A DNA stretch of 64,000 nucleotides, taken from positions 96,001-160,000 of the forward strand of contig JAHQWG010000028.1 in NCBI GenBank assembly GCA_029856045.1, in the 5' to 3' direction. Under the pieces are notes generated by a model, which worked only from the letters and a program-made list of their open reading frames with translations, was not told the origin of the DNA and ran no database searches. The stretch comes from Promethearchaeia archaeon (GTDB lineage Archaea > Asgardarchaeota > Lokiarchaeia > Sigyniarchaeales > SOKP01). The translations under genes and the position numbers were made by a program. Of the stretch, positions 28,981 through 39,018 are shown in pieces; positions within the stretch are counted from its first letter, which is position 1; every line of letters starts with the position of its first letter.

Positions 28981-30333
28981 ATGAATGAAATGGAAATAGT
29001 ATCTCGGGGTAAAAGTTCAACGAATAGAAATGTTATGTTTGGTTTACCAAAATTGGGAACATCTATTATCATGGGATTTGCGGATTTTGCTTTAGCTACT
29101 CTTTATATTTTAGGTTATCAAATAACTCCATTTCTCGTTGGTGTTGCTTTAGCATTGGGAAAACTTACGATTGCTTCGTCTCAGTTCTTTTTTGGGTGGA
29201 TTAGTGATGCTAAATATACTCGATTGGGTAGAAGAAAGCCATATTTAATAATTATGAGTCCAGTACTTGGATTATCTTTTATATTATTATTACTTCCAAG
29301 TCTGATATTAGACCTCAATGATCTTAATATAATATTTATTTGGTTAGTTGTATGGTATCAAATTTTTAATATATGCTATGGAGTTACTTCCCCATACAAT
29401 TCTTGGATGGCTGAACAATTTAGAGTTGAAGACAGACCCAGAGCGTCTCAATACCAACAATTTTTTGGAATGGTTGGAATGGCAATAATTACAGCCTTTT
29501 CAATGGTTGTTTTAACATCTTTTATTGATAAAATAATAGAAGACCCAGAGAGTATTCCGTCAGAGTTTTTATATAGTGTGATAATATTTGGGATTATCCC
29601 TATAGTATTATTTTATTTAGTTAGCTTTTTATTACCTATAGAGCCAAAATTCAAAATCGAATCAAATTTATTCCAAAATTTAAAGACTATTCTAAAAAAT
29701 AAGAATTTTGTATTAGTAACAATTATGCAAGGTATATCTAGCGTTGCTACTATGATGATTACTGCGATAATGTTACTATTCATCGAAGTAGTTTTAGATT
29801 TTAATACTACTGAATATTATGTCGCTGCAGCTATTATGATTTTTGGTATATTAGGTTTTTTATATATTTGGAGAAAGTTGATAGAAAAATTAGGAAAAAA
29901 ACGAAGTCTTCTATATATTTTTCTATCAAATGTTTTTGTCACTCTATTAACTTTATTAGGATTATTACCCATGGAATCATCTTTTATATTTGGTATTTTG
30001 TTTATTCTTGGATTGGCAGGGTGCTTAGGTGGGTGGTCTTTATTTCCAGCTATTATGTATGCAGATATTGCTCAAGATGATGAAATAAAAACAGGAGAAT
30101 TAAAAGCAGGAATATATATAGGTTTTCCTAGTATAACTCTAAATCTTTTTCAAGCTCTATCTCTATTCATTATGGGGATTATATTAGAATTACCTGATAT
30201 TACTGTTGGGAGTTTGCAATATTCTATAGGTTTAATATTATGGGGGCCAATTTGTTCGCTAATATTCATTATTACTTATTTATACACGAGAAAATTTATA
30301 CAACTTGATTTTGAGTGGGAAAAAAATCAATAA
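28981..30333 (+). CDS. MFS transporter, GPH-like
   Basis: GWISDAKYTRLGRRKPY, ADIAQDDEIKTGELKAGIY. Confidence 0.9.
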   Translation: MNEMEIVSRGKSSTNRNVMFGLPKLGTSIIMGFADFALATLYILGYQITPFLVGVALALGKLTIASSQFFFGWISDAKYTRLGRRKPYLIIMSPVLGLSFILLLLPSLILDLNDLNIIFIWLVVWYQIFNICYGVTSPYNSWMAEQFRVEDRPRASQYQQFFGMVGMAIITAFSMVVLTSFIDKIIEDPESIPSEFLYSVIIFGIIPIVLFYLVSFLLPIEPKFKIESNLFQNLKTILKNKNFVLVTIMQGISSVATMMITAIMLLFIEVVLDFNTTEYYVAAAIMIFGILGFLYIWRKLIEKLGKKRSLLYIFLSNVFVTLLTLLGLLPMESSFIFGILFILGLAGCLGGWSLFPAIMYADIAQDDEIKTGELKAGIYIGFPSITLNLFQALSLFIMGIILELPDITVGSLQYSIGLILWGPICSLIFIITYLYTRKFIQLDFEWEKNQ

Positions 30334-30477
30334 AACAAAATTAAATCAAGAATTTTAATTTTCTTTTATTTAATTCTAATATTTTTCAAAATGTTTTTAT
30401 TTCAATATTAAATATTTTTTTTACAAGTTGTTTTATTATTTTGTATAATAAATATTTTAAAAAAAGATGAAATTCTT

Positions 30478-31851
30478 ATGAGTCAAGAAAAAGAGGATTT
30501 ATGGACTAAAAGTAAAAAAGGTAAATTTTTAACTTTTGGAATGCCAAAATTTGGGACATCGCTTATTATGGGATTTGCAGATTTTGCGCTATTAACTCTA
30601 TATACTTTAGCTTACCAATTGCCTCCAGTTCCCACTACTTTTGCTTTAGGCTTAGGAAAACTTACGATTGCTGCCGCTCAATTCGGTTTTGGATGGATTA
30701 GTGATGCTAAATATACTCGATTTGGGAGAAGAAAACCTTATTTAATTATTCTGAGTCCAATACTTGGATTATCTTTTATATTTTTACTATTGCCAAGTTT
30801 ATTAATAGATATAACTGATATAACAGCATTATTTCTTTGGTTGTTAATATGGTATCAAATTTTTAATGTATGTTACGGTGTTACTTCACCCTACGGATCT
30901 TGGATGACCGAACAATTTATAATTGATGATCGGCCAAAAGCGTCTCAATACGAACAATTATTTGGTATGATCGGAACTGCAGTAATTTCGGTTTTTTCAA
31001 TGGTTGTTTTAACGGCTTCTATTGAGGATATCCAAGCAAACCCAAATATTATTCCATCAGAGTTTTTATATAGTGTGATAATATTTGGGATTATCCCCGT
31101 TGTATTATATTATCTGGCAACCTTTTTAATGCCCACAGAGCCCCATTTTAAGATAGAATTAAATGTATTTCAAAACCTAAAAATGACGTTAAAAAACAAG
31201 AATTTTATATTAGTAACTCTTATGATTGGTATTGCTAGTTTAGCTTGGACTCCAGTAGGTAATCTAATTTTATCTTATATAGAAGTGGTTTTAGTTTTTG
31301 ATTTTATGACTAATATTATAGCTTCAGCTATTTTCGTTATAGGGATACTTGTTTTCTTATATGTATGGAGAAGGCTTGTACATAAATTGGGAAAAAAAAG
31401 AAGTATTTTATATGTATTTCTAATAGCAATTGTTATCCTTCCATTCTCTTTATTAGGCATGATCGCGATGGATTCAACTTTAATATTTGGATTACTTTTT
31501 ATGCTTGGGTTAACAGGGTGTATAAGTGGTTGGTTTTTACTTCCTCCAGTTTTTTTCTCAGATATTACTGAAGATGATGAAAAAACAACAGGTGAATTAA
31601 GATCAGGAATTTATAAAGGTTTTCCTAGTATTTTTCTAAACATCTTCCAATTTCTAGGTTTATTAATGGTAGGATTTTTATTAGATTTACCTGAAATTAA
31701 CGTAGGAACTTCAAGTTTTTCTATAGGATATGTTATTTGGGGCCCAATATGTTCTTTAATATTGATTGTCGCCTATTTATACTCTAGAAAATTTATTAAA
31801 CTTGATTTTGAGTGGGAAAAAAATTCAATAAAAGAAAAAGAAATAAAGTAA
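30478..31851 (+). CDS. MFS transporter, GPH-like; tandem paralog of 28981..30333
   Basis: near-identical segments shared with the previous gene (FGTSLIMGFADFAL, IPSEFLYSVIIFGIIP, LDFEWEKN). Confidence 0.9.
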   Translation: MSQEKEDLWTKSKKGKFLTFGMPKFGTSLIMGFADFALLTLYTLAYQLPPVPTTFALGLGKLTIAAAQFGFGWISDAKYTRFGRRKPYLIILSPILGLSFIFLLLPSLLIDITDITALFLWLLIWYQIFNVCYGVTSPYGSWMTEQFIIDDRPKASQYEQLFGMIGTAVISVFSMVVLTASIEDIQANPNIIPSEFLYSVIIFGIIPVVLYYLATFLMPTEPHFKIELNVFQNLKMTLKNKNFILVTLMIGIASLAWTPVGNLILSYIEVVLVFDFMTNIIASAIFVIGILVFLYVWRRLVHKLGKKRSILYVFLIAIVILPFSLLGMIAMDSTLIFGLLFMLGLTGCISGWFLLPPVFFSDITEDDEKTTGELRSGIYKGFPSIFLNIFQFLGLLMVGFLLDLPEINVGTSSFSIGYVIWGPICSLILIVAYLYSRKFIKLDFEWEKNSIKEKEIK

Positions 31852-31951
31852 TTTTTTGAATTCCTTAAATAAAAAACCATTAAAACCAGTAGAGAAAACT
31901 TAATAACCTATTAAACTATTTTTTTTTTTAATTGAATTAAAAGCGATAAGA

Positions 31952-32105
31952 GTGAAATTAAAAGATGAAGTGGGGGTTATTCCCAGAGCTGGAGCAGGTA
32001 TTGGAGAAGGTGTTCCCATTTTATTATCTAAAGAGGGAGCTAAGGTTAGTTGTAATTCAATATCTGAATCTGCTTTAAAGGTAACTGAAAAAATTATAAA
32101 TTCTA
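31952..32105 (+). pseudogene. N-terminal remnant of an SDR oxidoreductase
   Basis: KLKDEVGVIPRAGAGIGEGVPILLSKEGAKV resembles a decayed TGxxxGIG Rossmann start; runs into the convergent SDR gene. Confidence 0.6.
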
Positions 32106-32113
32106 TTTTTAAA

Positions 32114-32890
32114 TTATCTTGTTGTCCAACCACCATCCAAACGTAAATCCGCTCCCGTCATGTAAGAGGATTCTTCAGTTGCTAAAAATAGAATTCCTGT
32201 AGCGATTTCTTCTGGTTTAGCCCATCTCCCCAACACTCCTTCTTCTTCAAATTCTTTTTTTACTACCTCATAATCAACCCCTCTATCTTTTGCCTGTTTA
32301 GCTACATCACTTTGTAACATCGGAGTGTCTGTAGCTCCTGGACTCACACTATTGACTCGGATTCCATAAGGAGCCAAATCTAACGCTAAAGCTCTTGTGA
32401 ATCCTAAAATACCAGCTTTAGTGGAGCAATAATTTGCATGATTGACTTGTCCAATGTGAGCGGCAACTGAAGCTAAGGTTATAATTGAACCAAATTTTTG
32501 ATTTTTAAAATATGGAATAGCATATTTACATGTATAATAGGTACCCTTAAGATTAACATCAATCAATAAATCATAATCCTCATCTGGAAAATCTTCAATG
32601 GGACCTACTCTTACAACACCAGCATTACATATCAATATATCCATTTTTCCATATTTTTTTATGGTTGTATCAATCATATCTTTAACTTCAGCAGGTTTAG
32701 TTACATCCACTTTCATAAATATTGTATTTTCTTTTCCATCTTTTATCATTTCATATGTTTCGTTTAAACCCTTTTCATCAATATCTGAAATAATTTGAAT
32801 CGCACCCTCTTTAGCAAATAGAATTGCAGTAGACCTACCAATGCCGGAGGCTGCACCAGTTAATACTACTACTTTATCTTTTAATCTCAT
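32114..32890 (-). CDS. SDR family oxidoreductase
   Basis: TGAASGIG, NAG, catalytic Ser and YCSTK, PGATDT, DGG. Confidence 0.93.
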   Translation of the reverse strand: MRLKDKVVVLTGAASGIGRSTAILFAKEGAIQIISDIDEKGLNETYEMIKDGKENTIFMKVDVTKPAEVKDMIDTTIKKYGKMDILICNAGVVRVGPIEDFPDEDYDLLIDVNLKGTYYTCKYAIPYFKNQKFGSIITLASVAAHIGQVNHANYCSTKAGILGFTRALALDLAPYGIRVNSVSPGATDTPMLQSDVAKQAKDRGVDYEVVKKEFEEEGVLGRWAKPEEIATGILFLATEESSYMTGADLRLDGGWTTR

Positions 32891-32916
32891 TTGATTTACC
32901 TTTAAAAAAAATTAAG

Positions 32917-32982
32917 ACATTTAGATATGAAGTATTTCTCTGAAATATATTTTATTCTTTAGATTATAAATAATACTAGATA
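32917..32982. repeat. duplicated upstream (promoter) region of SDR copy 1, with palindrome TATTTC-TCT-GAAATA (32933-32947)
   Basis: alignable with 33975-34044. Confidence 0.65.
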
Positions 32983-33172
32983 ACAAAGAGCATTAAAAAG
33001 GAAAAAATAAGATTTTAATATTTGTTTAAAATATAATAAAACGATCGAAGAAAGTTAAGAATCCAGCCTTTATGGCAGTAAATGGATATATTCTATTTGA
33101 TTACGATTATTTTGTGAACAATTTTTCATTACAAGTAAATAAATATATAAAAATTAAAACATATTCAAATGT

Positions 33173-33949
33173 TTATCTAATTTTCCAACCTCCATCTATG
33201 CGTAAATCTACACCATTAATATAAGATGATTCATCAGTTGCTAAAAAGAGAATACCAGTAGCTATTTCTTCAGGTCTCGCCCATCGACCCATCACTCTCT
33301 CTTCTTCAAATTCTCTCTTAACCACGTTGTAATCAACACCTCTATCTTTTGCTTGTTTAGATACATCATTTTGCAACATAGGTGTATCAGTAGCTCCAGG
33401 ACTAACACTATTTACCCGAATTCCATAAGGTGCTAAATCTAATGATAAAGCTCGTGTAAACCCTAATACTCCTGATTTCGTAGAACAATAATTTGCATGA
33501 TAAATTTTCCCCATATGAGCTGCTACAGAGGATAAGGTTATGATTACACCATATCTTTGTTTTTTGAAATATGGTACAGTATATTTGCAAGTATAATAAG
33601 TTCCTTTAAGATTAACATCGATCAATAGATCATAATCCTCATCTGGAAAATCTTCAATAGGACCCACTTTCACGACTCCAGCATTACATATTAAAATATC
33701 TATCCTTCCATATTTTTCAATAGTAATATCAATCATATCTTTAATTTCAGCGGGTTTAGTAACATCTACTTTCATAATTATCGTATTTTCTTTTCCTTTA
33801 GTTATCAATTTATAAGTTTCTTTCAAACCTTCTTTATTAATATCAGAAATAATTTGAATTGCTCCTTCTTTTGCAAATAAAATTGCTGTTGCCCTCCCAA
33901 TACCTGATGCTGCACCCGTTAATATTACAATTTTATCTTTTAATCTCAT
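33173..33949 (-). CDS. SDR family oxidoreductase; tandem duplicate of 32114..32890
   Basis: same length (258 aa) and highly similar sequence. Confidence 0.93.
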   Translation of the reverse strand: MRLKDKIVILTGAASGIGRATAILFAKEGAIQIISDINKEGLKETYKLITKGKENTIIMKVDVTKPAEIKDMIDITIEKYGRIDILICNAGVVKVGPIEDFPDEDYDLLIDVNLKGTYYTCKYTVPYFKKQRYGVIITLSSVAAHMGKIYHANYCSTKSGVLGFTRALSLDLAPYGIRVNSVSPGATDTPMLQNDVSKQAKDRGVDYNVVKREFEEERVMGRWARPEEIATGILFLATDESSYINGVDLRIDGGWKIR

Positions 33950-33974
33950 TTTTCTTAACTTTAATGGTTTTTGA

Positions 33975-34044
33975 ACATTTTAAATATAAAGAATTTCTCT
34001 GAAATATAGTTTATTATTTAGATTAAAAAAAAAGATACTAGATA
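33975..34044. repeat. duplicated upstream (promoter) region of SDR copy 2, with ATTTC-TCT-GAAAT (33993-34005)
   Basis: alignable with 32917-32982. Confidence 0.65.
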
Positions 34045-34085
34045 TCTATAAAAAATATTGGGAAAAAAAAGTAAAATAAAAGCAA

Positions 34086-35636
34086 TTATTGAAGTGTATA
34101 TGCTGCAATTTTTTGAAGTTCCTCATTCTTAAGAAATTCTGATGTAGGTAATTTTTGTATTAAGTTTCCATCATCAAGAATTATAACTGTTTTTGAATAT
34201 TGGGCGATAACGCGGGGATCATGAGTTATAATAATGATTGTGTGTTTTTGTTCATGAAGATCTTGAAGAATTTTCATAAATTCTTGAATCATACGATAAT
34301 CCTGACCAGTAGTAGGCTCATCTACTATTAAAATCTCAGGTTTTAGAACTAAAACCGAAGCTAATGCTAATCTTTGGCGAATTCCCTTACTAAGATAAAA
34401 TGTTGATTCATATATTTCTTCAAATTTTCTTAAATCTAATAGATCGATAATTTCATTGTATCGATTTTTAATTTCATCATCGGGAAATTTAAGATTTTTT
34501 AAACCAAATTCAATTTCTTCTCTAATAGTATTTTTAAATAATTGATGGTCAGGGTTTTGATAGCAAAAACCAATAATTTGTGCCATCTGTGTGATAGAAT
34601 ATTGCAAAACAGGATCACCTCTAATAAAGACTTCTCCTTGCTGAGGTCTGAGAAGCCCATTAAAATGCTTTATTAGAGTTGTTTTTCCAGAACCATTTTT
34701 TCCTATAATAGAAATAAAATCCCCATTAAAAATTTTAAGACTTATATCTTTTAGAGCTTGAGTATTATTAGGGTAAGTAAAACTTAGATTAGATATTTCA
34801 ATTATTGGATCCTGTTCTGTCGTTACATATTTACCCGTACTTATTTGTTCTGAAAATTTTAGATTCTTAGAAATTCCATTTTGGGATAAATGTATTGGAA
34901 TATAAATTCCCAATTTGTTTAAAAGTTCCTTATGTTTTAAAAACTCAGAAGTTGCTCCGTTAAATCTAATTTCTCCATTATCGAGAAGTATTATTCTATT
35001 ACAAAATTGAACAATTTTTTCAGTTATATGACTAACCAATATAATTGTCAAATCAAACTCTTTTCTTATTTCCTCAAGTATTTCAATAATTTCATATTTT
35101 CCTATAGGATCGAGATCAGATGTAGGTTCATCTAAGATAAGTATCTCGGGTCTCATTGCCATAATTGAAGCAATAGCAACACGCTGTTTTTGACCTCCAG
35201 AGAGCTCATCGGGTGATTTTTGCTCAAACCCTTCTAATCCAACAAGTTTTAATGCCCATTCAATTCGTTTCTTAATTTCTACACGATCAAGACCTAAAGT
35301 TTCAAGACCAAGAGCAATTTCATCTTCTACTGTTATCATTATAAATTGAGTTTCAGGATCTTGAAATACTAAACCAATACGCTGTCCCAATTCTGTCATT
35401 TTCGCTGTTCGAGTATTTTTACCAAGAACTTCAACATTTCCTTTGATCCATCCGCGAGTTCTTAAAGGAATTAGTCCATTAATACAACAACATAGAGTGG
35501 ATTTACCTGCACCCGTCGGGCCCATAATTCCAATAAACTCACCTTGAGAGATTTTTAAATTAATTGATTTAAGAACCAGATCCTTTGAAGCTTTATATTT
35601 CCATGAAAAATCATTAAATTCTACAACAGTTTTCAA
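34086..35636 (-). CDS. ECF transporter ATPase, fused duplicated A-A' domains
   Basis: two Walker A motifs (GPTGAGKST, GKNGSGKTT), FQDPETQ / YQNPDHQ, LSGGQKQR, DEPT twice. Confidence 0.92.
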   Translation of the reverse strand: MKTVVEFNDFSWKYKASKDLVLKSINLKISQGEFIGIMGPTGAGKSTLCCCINGLIPLRTRGWIKGNVEVLGKNTRTAKMTELGQRIGLVFQDPETQFIMITVEDEIALGLETLGLDRVEIKKRIEWALKLVGLEGFEQKSPDELSGGQKQRVAIASIMAMRPEILILDEPTSDLDPIGKYEIIEILEEIRKEFDLTIILVSHITEKIVQFCNRIILLDNGEIRFNGATSEFLKHKELLNKLGIYIPIHLSQNGISKNLKFSEQISTGKYVTTEQDPIIEISNLSFTYPNNTQALKDISLKIFNGDFISIIGKNGSGKTTLIKHFNGLLRPQQGEVFIRGDPVLQYSITQMAQIIGFCYQNPDHQLFKNTIREEIEFGLKNLKFPDDEIKNRYNEIIDLLDLRKFEEIYESTFYLSKGIRQRLALASVLVLKPEILIVDEPTTGQDYRMIQEFMKILQDLHEQKHTIIIITHDPRVIAQYSKTVIILDDGNLIQKLPTSEFLKNEELQKIAAYTLQ

Positions 35637-35645
35637 TTTTGTTCA

Positions 35646-36437
35646 CTAAAATAATTCTAGAAAGAGGAATACAAAACTTTTATTGATAAGAGATAAATAG
35701 ATAGAAAAAAATAGAAGTATGAATAAGCCAATAATGATTGCATAATCCTTTTTCTTAATTGGAAAATAATGATAAGTAGTCCTATTTTTTGAGCGTAATG
35801 GAATTCCTCGTGATTCAATAGATGCAGCCATGTCTTCTGTTTTTTTGAACATTAAAACAATTAATACAATAAAAATTGATATAAAATTTTTAATTCTTTT
35901 AGGTATTGAAGCACGTTCAAATTCAACCCCTCGAGTCATCATGGCTTCTCGGACAATAGAATATTCTTGTTGGAACATTGAGAGACCTCGAAAAGTCATA
36001 CTTATAATTAAAGTAACAGTAAAGGGTACCTTAATTGAACGTAATCCATGAATTAAATCTCGATCGGAGATCCCAGCAAAAAAGAATATCATTAAAAAGA
36101 ACATATTAATAATGCGTAAGTAGTATCTCGAAGCAATATAAATCGACTGATCACTAATTAATATATGCCAATTCCCAACCCATGTTTCAAAAAAGATGAT
36201 ATCTCCTTCTACTGGAGTAAAAAAGCACCATACAATATAAATAGATAAAGAAGAAATTAAAATGCCAATAATAATTTTTCTAAATTTCCTTGAAAATATA
36301 GGTATTTTAGCCAATAAACCCAAAATGATGATCAATATAAGGAGGCAAATTAAATCAAAAACGTTAGAAAAGAGTAAGACAACAAAGCTTAAAATAAACA
36401 CAATAGATATCTTTGTAATTGGATGTAGTTTGGTCAT
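35646..36437 (-). CDS. ecfT: ECF transporter transmembrane T component
   Basis: LHPITK, TM segments, AMMTRG and SIESRG Arg motifs. Confidence 0.88.
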   Translation of the reverse strand: MTKLHPITKISIVFILSFVVLLFSNVFDLICLLILIIILGLLAKIPIFSRKFRKIIIGILISSLSIYIVWCFFTPVEGDIIFFETWVGNWHILISDQSIYIASRYYLRIINMFFLMIFFFAGISDRDLIHGLRSIKVPFTVTLIISMTFRGLSMFQQEYSIVREAMMTRGVEFERASIPKRIKNFISIFIVLIVLMFKKTEDMAASIESRGIPLRSKNRTTYHYFPIKKKDYAIIIGLFILLFFSIYLSLINKSFVFLFLELF

Positions 36438-36503
36438 GAAAGATTCTGATGGAATATAAGAAAAAAAAGTTTTTGAAAGAGTTGAGATTAAATCTCACCT
36501 CAT

Positions 36504-37271
36504 TTATGAAAACCACTTGTCTACAAATATTGAAGTTTCTTTTATTTTTCCAGTTAAAGATACCATCATTGGTGTAGCTATTGCAGACAAGACAATCAAA
36601 TCTCCTGCAAACCAACCTATTACTCCGATCCAATATGCTTCAGCTGAAGGTTCGCCTATGAATACATTAATACCCCAAATTCCCCACAATGCTGAAGTAA
36701 TTGCTGCTCCAAATATTCCAAAAATTACATATAGTAACCATGAACGAGATGGATTTATTATGTACATAAATATTATTAAAACTACTGCAACTATTAAAGT
36801 TATTAGCCACAGTACTTCTAAGCCACCTATAGCTGTTGCGATTGCTGATACTATAAGATTTATAACTAAAATTGCGAGCAATATATACATTTCTTTTTTA
36901 CGCTTTAAATTTGCTCCGATATCTACATCAGCTTTAAAAATTCTGAATGCTAAAAGAGGTACAAATCCCTCAATGAAATCTGCCATGGCCCAAACAAAAC
37001 TCCAAGGACCAAAACCTGAGACAAAACCAAGAATAACGCATGAAAAATAACCTGCAAAACAGCCCCACATACCTAACCATAAACTTAATGGGACATACAC
37101 AGCTGCAGCTAAATAAAGACCAGAAACTCCAGGAAATGGTGCTACTGGGGCAAGAATTACCGCATAAATTGCTAAAATCGCACTAACTCCTGTAGCTAAG
37201 GCAGTAACAACTAAATGCCTCCAAGTAACTCCAATTCTTACCTCTTCCATACCAGAACTAGAATTATTCAT
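36504..37271 (-). CDS. ECF transporter substrate-binding S component (substrate unknown)
   Basis: very hydrophobic protein, first gene of an S-T-A operon; P...GLYLAAAVYVPLSLWLGMWGCFAGYF. Confidence 0.7.
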   Translation of the reverse strand: MNNSSSGMEEVRIGVTWRHLVVTALATGVSAILAIYAVILAPVAPFPGVSGLYLAAAVYVPLSLWLGMWGCFAGYFSCVILGFVSGFGPWSFVWAMADFIEGFVPLLAFRIFKADVDIGANLKRKKEMYILLAILVINLIVSAIATAIGGLEVLWLITLIVAVVLIIFMYIINPSRSWLLYVIFGIFGAAITSALWGIWGINVFIGEPSAEAYWIGVIGWFAGDLIVLSAIATPMMVSLTGKIKETSIFVDKWFS

Positions 37272-37424
37272 TTTTTATTCAACTTGTTTTTTCTTTTTAT
37301 GATTTTAATTAGATTTATTTTCGTGTTACAAATTGTCTAATTTTTATTTAAACTTTAATATATTAATGGATTATTCTATATTTCTGTTTCTTGCATATTA
37401 GGAGAAAAATGTATGTTAAAAAGA

Positions 37425-37640
37425 TTATATTACATAGATATTTTTATCGAGAGTAGAAAGTTTTCCACATTTCGATTCAGTAATTCGATAACAATCTTCA
37501 ATTCCGACTAAACAAAATTTTTTAAAAAGTTTGCCAAACTTCAATATCTAACACCATATTTTCTTCAAAATTCAGATCAGGAGTTTTCATTATATCAAGT
37601 AGATGAAATTCTTCGCATTCAAAGCCATTTTCATTTCTCC
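37425..37640 (-). pseudogene. frameshifted C-terminal remnant of an M24 (Xaa-Pro) peptidase
   Basis: GFECEEFH...FEENMVLDIEVWQTF / ...VGIEDCYRITESKCGKLSTLDKNIYVI*; no N-terminal part. Confidence 0.6.
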
Positions 37641-37738
37641 TTAATAATATTAATTAATTTAATTTTTAATATAGTTAAAGATTTTTTACTTGATGAGATA
37701 TATTAATTAAATCTTCAATAATAAAAAAGGTTCAAGAA

Positions 37739-38506
37739 ATGGGAATTAGAGTAGAAAAAAAAGGAGTTGTAACCACAGTAATTATTGATAATCCTAAAGT
37801 TAAAAATGCAATTGATCGGAAAAATGCATCTTCACTTGCAAATGCGTTTCGAGAGTTTAAACAGGATGAGAATGCACGTGTGGCGGTTCTCTGGGGTGCA
37901 AATGGAATATTTTGTTCGGGTGCAAATCTAAAGGCAATAGTAATGGGAAATGGAAATAGAATAGAGAAGAAAGGAGATGGGCCAATGGGATCAACTAGGA
38001 TGGTCTTATCTAAACCTGTAATTGCTGCAGTTGCAGGGTATGCGGTTGCTGGAGGATTGGAACTCGCTTTATGGTGTGATTTGCGAGTGGTTGAAAAAAA
38101 TGCAGTTTTTGGAGTCTTTTCTCGCAGATTTGGAGTCCCCCTTATCGATGGTGGTACGGTACGTCTTCCAAGACTTATTGGATTAAGTAATGCATTGGAT
38201 ATGATAATTACTGGACGACCTATTACTGCTAAAGAGGCATTTAGGATGGGTCTTGCAAATCGAGTTGTTGATGTTGATAAGTCAAGAGAGGATGCTGAAA
38301 AATTAGCGAGAGAAATTGCTACATTTCCACAAACATGTCTTAGAGAGGATCGATTATCGGTATATGAACAATTTGGATTAAATTTAAAAGATGCATTAGC
38401 AAATGAATTTGAACATGGTCTTAAAACTTTAGCAAGTCAAGAACACTTAAAAGGATCTCAAGTCTTTATGGATGGGAAAGGAAAACATGGGAAATTTTTT
38501 AATTAA
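37739..38506 (+). CDS. enoyl-CoA hydratase/isomerase family protein
   Basis: FCSGANL, GPMG, SKPVIAAVAGYAVAGGLELALWCD, GVPLIDGGTVRLPRLIG. Confidence 0.92.
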   Translation: MGIRVEKKGVVTTVIIDNPKVKNAIDRKNASSLANAFREFKQDENARVAVLWGANGIFCSGANLKAIVMGNGNRIEKKGDGPMGSTRMVLSKPVIAAVAGYAVAGGLELALWCDLRVVEKNAVFGVFSRRFGVPLIDGGTVRLPRLIGLSNALDMIITGRPITAKEAFRMGLANRVVDVDKSREDAEKLAREIATFPQTCLREDRLSVYEQFGLNLKDALANEFEHGLKTLASQEHLKGSQVFMDGKGKHGKFFN

Positions 38507-38555
38507 TCCCTTATCTATATTAATATAAATCCAATATAAAAAAATTGAAAATAAG

Positions 38556-38759
38556 ATGAGAAGATTACTTATTATTTATGGAATTTTTGTTATTTTTACA
38601 ATTATTACAGTTATAATTTGGATTATGTATTTTATTGATATTTATTTTCTTTTTCAATATACTAGTTATAACAATCCACTTTTATTTTTAGGAATTTTAT
38701 TTATGATAATTGAGGGTATATTAGAAGTAATTACTATGTTTATTAAGAGAAGATATTAA
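38556..38759 (+). CDS. small two-TM membrane protein
   Basis: 67-aa ORF with two hydrophobic helices and a basic C-terminus. Confidence 0.5.
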   Translation: MRRLLIIYGIFVIFTIITVIIWIMYFIDIYFLFQYTSYNNPLLFLGILFMIIEGILEVITMFIKRRY

Positions 38760-38959
38760 ATAAATAATTGAAAATCTTTACATTTCTAAAAAGATTAACG
38801 TAATTCTATTGAAATTTGTAATTTCTTTTTACCTCCCTTTTCTCTATTTTCAAAGAAGATCTTTAAGTTGGGTAAATTTAACATACATTATTCTTTATAT
38901 TTCTTTTTGAAAAAAAGTTGAAAATCCAAAAATAATTAAATCTGTCAAGGAACAAAATT

Positions 38960-38978
38960 AAAAAAAAAAAAAAAAAAA
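38960..38978 (-). terminator. oligo-T run, putative archaeal intrinsic terminator of 39019..42444
   Basis: 19-nt A run on + (T run on -) about 40 nt downstream of the stop codon. Confidence 0.45.
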
Positions 38979-39018
38979 TTAATTTTTATATTATATATTA
39001 GTAATATCGCAGATTCCT

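Noticed and set aside
36517-37050. 177-aa + strand ORF, and similar antisense ORFs (11181, 20511, 40337, 46882, 53570, 63265 and others)
   Set aside because: Shadows of well-supported genes on the opposite strand, with no independent motifs.
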